Positions 55,447-64,000 of a DNA stretch of 64,000 bases are shown here, one piece after another. The stretch is from the NCBI GenBank assembly GCA_016186645.1, contig JACPLF010000007.1, positions 126,651-190,650 on the forward strand, in the 5' to 3' direction. Source of the stretch: Candidatus Levyibacteriota bacterium. GTDB lineage: Bacteria > Patescibacteriota > Microgenomatia > Levybacterales > UBA12049. The notes below the pieces were generated by a model. That model ran no database searches. It was given only the letters and a program-made list of their open reading frames with translations, and was not told the DNA's origin. The position numbers were made by a program, and so were the translations under genes. Position 1 is the stretch's first letter. Each line of letters starts with the position of its first letter.

Positions 55447-56621
55447 GAATAGCTTTTCCCCGGATTGGTAACAAAAATATCATGAGGATGACTTTCTGTT
55501 AATGATGCCTGAGTAATTTTGATAAATTTTGCTTTTTTCCACAGTTCCCTTATATTTTTTGCTCCAATATAGTACATCCCTGATTTTATTCCGCCAATTG
55601 CCTGGCCAACCAAATCTTTAACAGATCCCCTTATTGGCACGAGTCCTTCCACTCCTTCTGCAATCAGCACTCTATCTTTGTAATTTTTTCCATGGAATTC
55701 ATCTTCTGATTTTATCAAAGCTCCTTTTTTCATCGCTCCCTCTGACCCCATTCCCCTATATTCTTTGAATTGATAATGTTTTTTTATATTAGAAATTCTT
55801 TGAAACCGAGAGGGAATTTCATTTCGACCAAATGTTACAACTTTTCCCGGAGATTCGAGAGATTGAGCAAAATAACTCCCCATCATAACCGTTGAAGCGC
55901 CGGCAGCCAAAGCCTTCACCATGTCACCTGAATATTTGATTCCTCCATCTGCAATAACCGGAACCCCGAGTTTTTTTGCAATTCTTACACTTTCTAGTAT
56001 TGCTGTTATTTGCGGCACTCCCATTCCGGAAATTATTCTTGTTGTGCAAATCGCTCCGGGCCCCATCCCTACCCGCAGCCCATCCGCTCCAGCTTTGATC
56101 AGTGCTCTTGCTCCATCCGCAGTTGCGATATTGCCTGCAATAACATCGATATTTTTGTAATTTTTTTTGATAAATTTTACAGCGTCTATTACTCCTTTGG
56201 AAAATCCGTGAGCAGAATCAACAACAACTACATCCGCTTCCCCATTTGCCAGAGCTTTTATTCTTTCTTCAAATCCTTTGCTCGCTCCAACTGCCCCACC
56301 AACGAGCAGAGCTCGCCCTGAGGCGGGCGTTTGGGTTTTTTTCACCTTTTTAACTTCAGACGCTTGATTTTCTACAGACAAATTTCTATGAATAATTCCA
56401 ATTCCGCCTAATTTTGCCAGTTCAATTGCAAGTTCAGACTCGGTAACCGTATCCATTGGGGCTGAAACAAGAGGAATAGAAATTTTTATTCTTTTTGTTA
56501 ATTGAGTTGATAAATTTATGTCCTTACGAAGAAAATCACTATAGCCGGGAAGAAGAAGAACATCGTCAAAAGTCAATCCAAATTTAAAGTTTGCCCTGAG
56601 CTTGCCGAAGGGTGGCTCCAT
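55443..56621 (-). CDS. guaB: IMP dehydrogenase-family protein (GuaB-like, no CBS pair)
   Basis: 392 aa TIM-barrel; catalytic-loop region [15 protein letters not shown] (Cys) and GGIKYSGD phosphate-binding motif. Confidence 0.8.
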   Translation of the reverse strand: MEPPFGKLRANFKFGLTFDDVLLLPGYSDFLRKDINLSTQLTKRIKISIPLVSAPMDTVTESELAIELAKLGGIGIIHRNLSVENQASEVKKVKKTQTPASGRALLVGGAVGASKGFEERIKALANGEADVVVVDSAHGFSKGVIDAVKFIKKNYKNIDVIAGNIATADGARALIKAGADGLRVGMGPGAICTTRIISGMGVPQITAILESVRIAKKLGVPVIADGGIKYSGDMVKALAAGASTVMMGSYFAQSLESPGKVVTFGRNEIPSRFQRISNIKKHYQFKEYRGMGSEGAMKKGALIKSEDEFHGKNYKDRVLIAEGVEGLVPIRGSVKDLVGQAIGGIKSGMYYIGAKNIRELWKKAKFIKITQASLTESHPHDIFVTNPGKSYS

Positions 56622-56695
56622 AATTCACTTTACACCATTTGCCCCTTCTCGTCAATCCATTGCTTAAATTATAATCCTGTAGTAAAATAGTCGCC

Positions 56696-57979
56696 ATGAC
56701 TGAAAGGGAAAGGGGCATACAGCTTGAATTAACGGGATTTGAGATGGAAGGAGAAACCTATGGCTTCTTACCCAGCTCTGATTTAAAAAGATGGACAGAG
56801 GAGGACGATCCTTACGAAAAGGCGTTTCGACGTCTTCCCCTAGGAAGATTAGATGGCGTAAAAGCCTTAAGTTTTTTATCTTACATAGGTCCTGCCGCAA
56901 AAGATCAAATTTTTCTACCATATACTCATACCAGATTCGATCATTCATTTGTGGTTGGGCTTGTCATAGAAGCTATAATGAGACAAAATGGATTTGATCA
57001 AGAAGATATAAATGTAGGGATTGTGGCAGGATTAATTCATGATATTGCAACTCCTGCACACGGGGATGCGACCAAAAAAGTTGACCCAAAAGCTTTGGAC
57101 GAAGAACAATTTTGGTGGGAAGCATTAGGAGAAAATGGACAAGTTTTTGTTACTCAAGAACTTAACATACCGCAAAAAAGATTAGATGCAATTATTAAAA
57201 ACCAAGGAATAATAGGTCAAGTGTTGGATATAGCAGATAGAATTACCTACACTATGAAAGACCTTAACGAAATTGTTGCAGTAGATCAAAATAATGCTTG
57301 GTCTTGGGTTTTTCAAAATCCTTATCTGCAAGAACTTCATGATTTTACCATGATCAATCCCAAAATCGGAAATATCTATAAAGAGGTCGGGGTTGATAGA
57401 AAAAAGAACGAAGTATTTTTCAATGATCCAAGAAACCTTGGCATATTTCTTTTATTAAGAGCTCGCCTTCATAAAACTCTTTATATGAATCCAGTCAGTC
57501 AGGGAAGAGATCTTTTCATAGCTTCCCTTATTAAGAGATTATACTCAAGAGACGGAAGGAGGCCCCTTTCTCCCAAGAGCCTAAGAGGGATGACAGATGA
57601 AAATCTTATCGAGGTTTTGCAAAAGTATTACAAACCGGAATATGGAGATTTTTCACAAAAGCTATATCACGACTTAACAAGTTGGTATCCGTATTTTGAA
57701 AGATTTACAACTAAAGAAGAAGCAATAGAGCGAATAAAAGAATTAAAAAAAGACAAGGATATTTTAATTATAGGCATGAGTCAATGTAAAGGATTTGATC
57801 CGGGAACATCGTACAAAGTAACCAACGAAAAAGGACAGACAGTACCATTTAGAGAATTTGATCCTGTCATCGCATCGGAAATAGAAAGGGTCATGGACGA
57901 AACAAAAGGTTTTTTCGTTTTCTTTGTGAATATTTCTGAAAGAAATTCCATCAATTCTTTCCTCCGAAAACATTCCTAA
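56696..57979 (+). CDS. HD-domain phosphohydrolase
   Basis: H...HD motif (HSFVV...GLIHDIATPAHGD). Confidence 0.6.
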   Translation: MTERERGIQLELTGFEMEGETYGFLPSSDLKRWTEEDDPYEKAFRRLPLGRLDGVKALSFLSYIGPAAKDQIFLPYTHTRFDHSFVVGLVIEAIMRQNGFDQEDINVGIVAGLIHDIATPAHGDATKKVDPKALDEEQFWWEALGENGQVFVTQELNIPQKRLDAIIKNQGIIGQVLDIADRITYTMKDLNEIVAVDQNNAWSWVFQNPYLQELHDFTMINPKIGNIYKEVGVDRKKNEVFFNDPRNLGIFLLLRARLHKTLYMNPVSQGRDLFIASLIKRLYSRDGRRPLSPKSLRGMTDENLIEVLQKYYKPEYGDFSQKLYHDLTSWYPYFERFTTKEEAIERIKELKKDKDILIIGMSQCKGFDPGTSYKVTNEKGQTVPFREFDPVIASEIERVMDETKGFFVFFVNISERNSINSFLRKHS

Positions 57980-57989
57980 AAACTTAGAC

Positions 57990-59876
57990 TTAGGATTTTA
58001 CTGGAACGAGAGCTTTTTTGGGGCCGAGGAGTTTTGCAAAACTATCCGCGTCAATTGTTTCTTTACTCAAAAGTTCTGCCGCTATAATATCAAGCTCTTT
58101 TTTTAATTTTGCCAAAATCGCAACAGCAGACTTGTAACCCGCGTCTGTAATTTTTTTAATCTGGTCGTCAATTTTTGAAGCCATAACAGGAGAGATAGTT
58201 TTCTGATCATAAAAAGTTTTCTGTTGCGAATCCAAATTAATTGGGCCTAAATCGCTCATGCCATACTCAACTACCATAGTTCTTGCAACTTCTGTTGCTT
58301 TTGCAATATCATCAGACGCTCCTGTTGTCATTTCTTTGAAAATCATGTTCTCGGCAGCGCGTCCTCCAAGCATCACCGCAATTTGCTCAATTAATCTTGT
58401 TTTCGTTTCATGAACATGTTCTGTTGGCTCCATCATTGTATGTCCGAGGCTCATTCCGCGGCTCACAATTGAGATTCTGTGAATTGGATCCATGTGAGGC
58501 ATTTCCCAAGAAACAATAGCGTGTCCCGCCTCATGATATGCGGTCATTTTCCTATCTTCCTCAGATTGCAGTCTTTTTTTCTCAGGACCCAATTTTACTT
58601 TTGTGGCTGCCTCTTCCAAATCCTTCATGTCAATTGCTTTTTTCCCTAAGCGGGCTGCCAAAATTGCTGCTTCATTAAGCATGTTTTCCAAATCTGCGCC
58701 GGAAAATCCGACTGTTCTTTTTGCAGCTTTTTTCCAATCAACGCTAGGAGCAAATGGCTTACCGCGGGCATGAATTGCCAGAATTGCTTCCCTGCCTACA
58801 ACATCAGGCATATCCAAAGCCACTCTCCTATCAAATCTTCCCGGCCTAATTAATGCCGGATCAAGCACGTCAGGACGATTTGTAGCCGCCATGACCACCA
58901 GCTGTTCTGTTGGGGAAAACCCATCCATCTCAACCAAGATTTGATTTAAAGTCTGCTCTCTTTCATCATGGCCTCCCATGAAGCCTGCTCCGCGCTGTCT
59001 GCCAATCGCATCAATTTCATCTATGAAAATAATTGCGGGCTGAGATTTTTTGGCAGTATTAAATAAATCACGCACGCGACTTGCTCCCACACCTACCAGC
59101 ATTTCCATAAATTCAGATCCTGCCATTGAGAAAAACTGCACATTTGCTTCTCCAGCTGTTGCCCGAGCCAAAAGTGTTTTTCCGGTTCCGGAAGGACCAA
59201 TCATTAAAACTCCTTTAGGAGTACGAGCGCCCATTGCCTTATACTTTCCAGGATTCTTCAAGAAATCTACAATTTCTGTTAATTCTTGTTTTGCCTCATC
59301 TACTCCTGCTACATTTGCAAAACTGATTTTTGGAGTATCTTTGCTAAAAAGTTTTGCCGAAGATTTTCCAAAAGAAAAAATGCTTTCCTGAGCACCCCTT
59401 GCCTGACGAAAAATAAAGTAAAAAAATGCGACCATCAAAAGAATTGGAAGAACTGAAGAGATAATACTCAGCCAATTATTAAGACTTGTCTCATCCTTTA
59501 TGACGACTTTTGTTTTGTCTAATTGTACGCCTGCATCTTTAAATATCTGGTAGACGTTTGCTCCTGATTCCTTAAAACTCTGCAAAGTCTCTTTCCCTTT
59601 TCTAATTACGAGCTTATTCTCCAAAACTTCTATTTCTGAAACTTTGCCCGCATTTACGTCTGAAATAACTTGAGAAAGAGGAACTGTTTTTGTGTCTTCA
59701 AAAGACTGTTGATTGTTAACGCCCAAGAAGAGAAACATAGCAAAAAGAAACAAAAATACATAAATCAAGACATTTTTCCACGATGCCTTAATCTTCATTT
59801 TCACGATTTTTTGATGTCTATGATTCTTGTGATTCTGCATTGCAGAACGATTGTAGTTTTTACCGTTTGCTGGCAT
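57990..59876 (-). CDS. ftsH: ATP-dependent zinc metalloprotease FtsH
   Basis: TM anchor, AAA Walker A GPSGTGKT, Walker [13 protein letters not shown], zinc motif HEAGHA. Confidence 0.9.
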   Translation of the reverse strand: MPANGKNYNRSAMQNHKNHRHQKIVKMKIKASWKNVLIYVFLFLFAMFLFLGVNNQQSFEDTKTVPLSQVISDVNAGKVSEIEVLENKLVIRKGKETLQSFKESGANVYQIFKDAGVQLDKTKVVIKDETSLNNWLSIISSVLPILLMVAFFYFIFRQARGAQESIFSFGKSSAKLFSKDTPKISFANVAGVDEAKQELTEIVDFLKNPGKYKAMGARTPKGVLMIGPSGTGKTLLARATAGEANVQFFSMAGSEFMEMLVGVGASRVRDLFNTAKKSQPAIIFIDEIDAIGRQRGAGFMGGHDEREQTLNQILVEMDGFSPTEQLVVMAATNRPDVLDPALIRPGRFDRRVALDMPDVVGREAILAIHARGKPFAPSVDWKKAAKRTVGFSGADLENMLNEAAILAARLGKKAIDMKDLEEAATKVKLGPEKKRLQSEEDRKMTAYHEAGHAIVSWEMPHMDPIHRISIVSRGMSLGHTMMEPTEHVHETKTRLIEQIAVMLGGRAAENMIFKEMTTGASDDIAKATEVARTMVVEYGMSDLGPINLDSQQKTFYDQKTISPVMASKIDDQIKKITDAGYKSAVAILAKLKKELDIIAAELLSKETIDADSFAKLLGPKKALVPVKS

Positions 59877-60117
59877 AACTTAGTTTGGAGTATATCACAA
59901 AAAAGAGGCTAAGCCAACCCCGATTTAATCGGAGCCAAACCCATTTTTCCGCGGACTTCTTACATTATTTCTTTGTCCACTAAGGTAGAATGCAACATCC
60001 TCTTTAGAGCGAGCATTTCTATTTTGTCAAGTAGTAGTTTATCCTATCAAATCAAGCTAAACGAATATATATATTATATAGATAATAAAGGGTATATAAT
60101 CCTCAAACCTAAATCAT

Positions 60118-61848
60118 ATGGCAATGAGTCATGACTTTGAAGTATTTGTCCAAAACGACAAGATTACAAGAGAAGATTGGCGCAAACTAATACTCAAGAT
60201 ACAAACCTACGAAGGGAATTTCGTAGTTGAGGTTCGTTTTGAAACAAATAACGTAGAGTTTTATATTTATTCTCAAAAGGATCTCTCATCTTTGGGAGAT
60301 AAACTTGAAGGGTTTATTGTTAAACCTATTGATAGAGGGATGGTAAAAAAGCCAGAGTTCCAAAAGCACATAAATTTTAAGCTTTCTTCAAATAAAAATA
60401 TACTCGAGATTAGAGAAAAAGAACAAATCAAAAACCAAAGAACCATAAGTAATGTATTTATCCGTTTTAAAAGAATAGTTAAGGCTAACGTTCATTTTGT
60501 CACCATATTGTTAAGTGATAGTAAAAATAATAGGTATTACTCAAGTTATTTTAGCCTTCTTAATCCCCTCCTTAGCTTTGATTTTGATTTTAACAGTAAT
60601 ATAAAAATAACCAAAAAATCCGTTCCTTTATTTCTTAAAATCGATGAAGCAACTAAATTATTCACTCAAGACTACAAGAATGACTTACTGGAGGTTGTTG
60701 GATTTCCTCAATTTTCAACACCCACCTATTTTCCTTTAAGAAATTTTGAGTTTGGAATGCACAGCCTTGTTGTAGGACAAACAGGGGTCGGGAAAACTAA
60801 ATTCATAGAGCTTTTCGTCAAAAATATCGCAAAATACTCTCCCAGCGAATATGTAATAGTAACCATCGACCCTCACTCTCAGCTATACTCTCAATTTTTG
60901 AATATTAATGAAAATAAAGTTAATTTTGATTTTATAAAAAATTCATGCGAGCTTTTTCCTGCATTTTCAGAACCAAAAATTGCCACGGAATTAACAATTC
61001 TTCTTTTTAAAACATTGTTAAAGGATCAGTTTAACGCCAAAATGGAAAGAGCACTTAAGTACGCCTTATACGTATTGTTTCTTCGAAATAACATGTCTTT
61101 GGACGCCTTAAAAAAATTTCTTACCAGTCTTGAGTTTAGAAGGCAAATTTTAGAATCTTTAGGAGGCGACTACGATTACCTAATTCAATTTTTCGGCACT
61201 GAATTTGTCGAATTCCAAACAAAGTTTTACGAAGTATCTATTATGCCTATCTTGGTACTTATAGATGAATTGAGCTTTATTCCTGCCTTCTTTAATAATA
61301 AAACTACCAACAATTTAGAGTCAGCACTCAAGGAGAATTTTTCGGTAACGTTTTCTCTAAACAGGATATTTTTAGGAGAAAAGGCGACAAGACTTATTGC
61401 AGGTCTTATAATTCAGCAGCTATTTCTTATTGCCCAAAAAGGCGGAATAAACAAAAAAATAATTCTTATAATTGATGAAGTTTCCACCGTTGAGAATGAA
61501 GGCCTGGTAAATATACTTTCAGAATCAAGAAAATTTGGATTGTCACTTTTTCTTTCCCAGCAATACCTAACCCAAATTACCCCAAACCTTCTAAAAGGCA
61601 TCCTGTCAAACGTCTACAATTATTTTGTCTTTAAGGTTTCTGACGAGGACGCAAAAATTATAGTAAAAAACCTGGATATATCTTTTCCGGACGAAATTTT
61701 GGTTAGGGAAAAATCTAAAGGGCTTGAGGATGAAGATCTGAAAAGAAATTTACTGGTAACTTTAAATCCCAGAGAATGCCTGGTCAGAGCTTTTGCAAAC
61801 GGTAAATTTTTTCCATGTTTTAAAGCAAAAACTATTGATGTAAACTAA
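60118..61848 (+). CDS. FtsK/HerA/VirB4-superfamily P-loop ATPase (orphan) with about 200-aa unknown N-terminal domain
   Basis: Walker A HSLVVGQTGVGKTKF, Walker B KIILIIDEVSTV, superfamily Arg/Gln motif SESRKFGLSLFLSQQYLTQI; no TM segments. Confidence 0.6.
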   Translation: MAMSHDFEVFVQNDKITREDWRKLILKIQTYEGNFVVEVRFETNNVEFYIYSQKDLSSLGDKLEGFIVKPIDRGMVKKPEFQKHINFKLSSNKNILEIREKEQIKNQRTISNVFIRFKRIVKANVHFVTILLSDSKNNRYYSSYFSLLNPLLSFDFDFNSNIKITKKSVPLFLKIDEATKLFTQDYKNDLLEVVGFPQFSTPTYFPLRNFEFGMHSLVVGQTGVGKTKFIELFVKNIAKYSPSEYVIVTIDPHSQLYSQFLNINENKVNFDFIKNSCELFPAFSEPKIATELTILLFKTLLKDQFNAKMERALKYALYVLFLRNNMSLDALKKFLTSLEFRRQILESLGGDYDYLIQFFGTEFVEFQTKFYEVSIMPILVLIDELSFIPAFFNNKTTNNLESALKENFSVTFSLNRIFLGEKATRLIAGLIIQQLFLIAQKGGINKKIILIIDEVSTVENEGLVNILSESRKFGLSLFLSQQYLTQITPNLLKGILSNVYNYFVFKVSDEDAKIIVKNLDISFPDEILVREKSKGLEDEDLKRNLLVTLNPRECLVRAFANGKFFPCFKAKTIDVN

Positions 61849-61852
61849 GATT

Positions 61853-62545
61853 ATGGACACAACAAAAGCAAAACAAATAACAGATTACATATTCAAGGAC
61901 GTCTTTGGGATGGAAAACCCTTTTTCTTTAGGCGAGCTCCAAAGAAGATTTGCGATGGATATTCCTTTACCTCAAAAAGTAGTCTCTGCTTTGTCGAAAA
62001 AAGATACATGGACAAATTCATCAGTAGAAAAAATTGCTTCTCAAGAAGAGATAGGAGATAGATTTAAAAAGGATGAGTGGACAGTCAAGAAGAAGCCTCT
62101 CCGCTCTATTCAGGATATTTTAAAAGCCTGGGAAGAAATAAACTATTTGACAGGAGAAAAGTATATAAATTCTAGAGATATAATCGAATCTGACAGCGTA
62201 TATAACAGCTCTGATGTCTACCGTAGCATGTCAATATTTGATTCCAAAAATATCGTATTTTCCTATAAACTTTTTGACTCAAATTACATGCTTGCTTCAA
62301 GAGATAATTCTTCCTGTACTCTTGGAATAAGGGTTAAGGAAGCTATCTTCTGCTCGTCGGGATTTGAAATTTCTTGGTCTAATAAAGTTTCAAAAAGTAT
62401 GTATATCCATGACTCTTTTGATTTATTCGAGTGTCTTTTCTGCTCGCATCTCCGATCCAAAAAATATTGCATAGCCAACATGCAGTTTGAAAAAGAGGAA
62501 TATTTTGAACTCAAAAAACAGGTTGTTGATTGGATTTTAAAGTAG
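61853..62545 (+). CDS. hypothetical protein with C-terminal Cys cluster, co-operonic with the ATPase
   Basis: 230 aa; 4-nt gap after the ATPase gene; C-terminal CTLG...CSSG...ECLFCSHLRSKKYC Cys pattern. Confidence 0.3.
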   Translation: MDTTKAKQITDYIFKDVFGMENPFSLGELQRRFAMDIPLPQKVVSALSKKDTWTNSSVEKIASQEEIGDRFKKDEWTVKKKPLRSIQDILKAWEEINYLTGEKYINSRDIIESDSVYNSSDVYRSMSIFDSKNIVFSYKLFDSNYMLASRDNSSCTLGIRVKEAIFCSSGFEISWSNKVSKSMYIHDSFDLFECLFCSHLRSKKYCIANMQFEKEEYFELKKQVVDWILK

Positions 62546-62588
62546 ACTTAGACCAAGCCCATTTTGGAGCGGATTTCTCTTTTGATTA

Positions 62589-63035
62589 TCAATTTATATC
62601 TTTTCTGAATCTAAGTTCAAAATATCCTTTGAATTTCTGGAAATCAAGTCTTGCAAAGTTAAATATACTGTCTTCCCCCAAAATACACGGCCAGATCAAT
62701 CGCTCGTTATCAATAACTGTAAACGGCAAATTAAAATCATACCCATAAATGTTAATGTCTATTGCGGGAAGTTGCCAAGATTTATATTCACCGCTCACCG
62801 AAATTCCTTTATCTGATGCTCCTAATTTTTCTAAATTAAACCCAAGAGCTTCGGCAACAAGTGGGTGAAGAATTGATTTATTAGCTCCTGAATCAACTAA
62901 AGCAATCAAGGGTTGAGGCAAACTTGTCTCACTATGTTTTAGTTTTACTTTTAAAATAGGCCACTTAACTCCAGGTCCTCCCGGAAGTATATCGTACCAA
63001 ATCTTTATCGGAGTCTGAAACTGATTTTGCTTCAT
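62589..63035 (-). CDS. retropepsin-like (clan AA) aspartic protease
   Basis: ALVDSGANKSILH contains the D-S-G-A catalytic motif; 148 aa, a single lobe. Confidence 0.6.
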   Translation of the reverse strand: MKQNQFQTPIKIWYDILPGGPGVKWPILKVKLKHSETSLPQPLIALVDSGANKSILHPLVAEALGFNLEKLGASDKGISVSGEYKSWQLPAIDINIYGYDFNLPFTVIDNERLIWPCILGEDSIFNFARLDFQKFKGYFELRFRKDIN

Positions 63036-63223
63036 TAGCCAACGTAGCTCGAGTAATCTTTTGCGGCAACCATAATAAATCCCTTAGGATTCCCCAAATG
63101 TTTAAGCCTTGCGAGTAGTTGTCGAAGGGTTTTTCCCTGAGCTATAATTTTTTTGTTGTCGTTTGAAACAGAAACCCACCCAATTTTTCCTTTTAATGTT
63201 TTCGTTAAATTAGTAACTGCCAT
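63035..63223 (-). CDS. small basic protein translationally coupled (TAATG) to the aspartic protease
   Basis: 62-aa ORF; stop overlaps the protease start codon by 1 nt. Confidence 0.3.
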   Translation of the reverse strand: MAVTNLTKTLKGKIGWVSVSNDNKKIIAQGKTLRQLLARLKHLGNPKGFIMVAAKDYSSYVG

Positions 63224-63251
63224 ACGTGCATATTTTAAAAGTCTTTAAACC

Positions 63252-64000
63252 TTATGTCAATCCCATCTTCTTCCTAACTTCTTTTATTGTTTGTTCTACA
63301 ATTTGAATGCATTTTTTCTGACCTTCAATAATTATTAAATCAACAAGTTTTGGGTTATTAATAAATTCTTTTCTTTTTGCCTGAAAGGGCTGTAATTCTT
63401 TGAAAATTGCTTCCGCTAAAACGTCTTTCAGTTCTGAATATCTGATTTTTTTATCTCTATAGTCTTGTTCAAATTTATTGTACTCTTTATCTAGTTTAAA
63501 TAGTTTTAACAGCTTAAATAAATTAGCAACACCACCTGTCTCTGGCACATTCCCGCCAATAAGACCACTGTCTGTTGGAGCATATGCTAAACGTTTACGA
63601 ATTGTTTTCAAATCATCTGTTAAATTGATAAAACTCCCATTTATTGACTTACTCATTTTTCCAGCTCCGACAAGAGACGGAACATAATCTCCATTGGTTT
63701 TAAACCTTTGGGGCTCTGGAAATGTTTGCCCGAACATTGAGTTAAACTTTCTGGCGATTTCACGCATTACTTCCAAATGAGGCTCCTGATCAATCCCAAC
63801 CGGAACCAATTCTCCTTTATACAAAAGCACATCTGCTGCCATAAGAACCGGGTAATATAAAAGCCCCATATTTATATATTTTGGATATTGAGCTTTTTTC
63901 TCTTTGTAGGTTGGCAAATCTTCAAGACGAGAAACCGGATAAATAGTTGAGAGAAGATAAGCAAGTTCTGTGTGCTGTGGCACCATTGATTGAATTTCAA
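63252..64000 (-). CDS. trpS: tryptophanyl-tRNA synthetase (class I), N-terminus beyond window end
   Basis: KMSKS motif (GAGKMSKS); reading frame continues past 64000 (HIGH region not in window). Confidence 0.8.
   Translation of the reverse strand, partial: EIQSMVPQHTELAYLLSTIYPVSRLEDLPTYKEKKAQYPKYINMGLLYYPVLMAADVLLYKGELVPVGIDQEPHLEVMREIARKFNSMFGQTFPEPQRFKTNGDYVPSLVGAGKMSKSINGSFINLTDDLKTIRKRLAYAPTDSGLIGGNVPETGGVANLFKLLKLFKLDKEYNKFEQDYRDKKIRYSELKDVLAEAIFKELQPFQAKRKEFINNPKLVDLIIIEGQKKCIQIVEQTIKEVRKKMGLT

Noticed and set aside
56664-56948. 94-aa minus-strand ORF overlapping the start of the HD-domain gene
   Set aside because: Antisense to a motif-supported HD-domain ORF, so likely spurious.

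Overview
This 64 kb window is low-GC and reads like a compact Candidate Phyla Radiation (Patescibacteria)-type bacterial genome. That placement is an inference from LPXTG sortase substrates, a Ni-SOD sodN-sodX pair, split transketolase, PilN/PilO genes, many GT-C membrane glycosyltransferases and small gene sizes.

Most of the window is housekeeping: groES (partial), lepA, murJ, rpsT, tpiA, uvrD/pcrA, rpiB, split tkt, msrA, rnhB, rpoD, dnaG, purA, purB, guaA, guaB, ftsH and trpS (partial). There is one tRNA-Asn.

Accessory content worth a second look:
- A locus (34.6-42.1 kb) of secreted Cys-paired repeat proteins around a Crp/Fnr regulator. It includes a 922-aa protein with seven 4-Cys modules and about 500 aa of Tyr/Thr/Pro repeats carrying recurrent N-Y-T sequons, and an 836-aa protein with a cupredoxin-like domain whose Cys copper ligand is replaced.
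- A small defense-like islet (42.1-44.4 kb) next to tRNA-Asn: HigB (Gp49-like)/HigA (XRE) plus a 311-aa protein carrying an Rx4HG (HEPN-like) motif.
- An orphan FtsK/HerA-superfamily ATPase with a Cys-containing partner, beside a retropepsin-like aspartic protease pair (60.1-63.2 kb).
- A small PD-(D/E)xK (GxxExxY/PDDEXK_3-type) gene flanked by inverted repeats, inserted exactly between the two transketolase subunit genes. A 71-nt cargo-less palindromic copy of the same ends sits 1 kb downstream.
- A genome-wide habit of in-frame short-repeat insertions into essential genes. Near-identical hairpin elements occur inside uvrD and guaA, a second family inside uvrD and dnaG, and a related one in a GT-C gene. 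Tandem simple repeats interrupt lepA, the FemAB gene, rnhB and a large membrane-protein gene without breaking the reading frames.

No CRISPR array, rRNA gene or clear integrase/transposase was seen.
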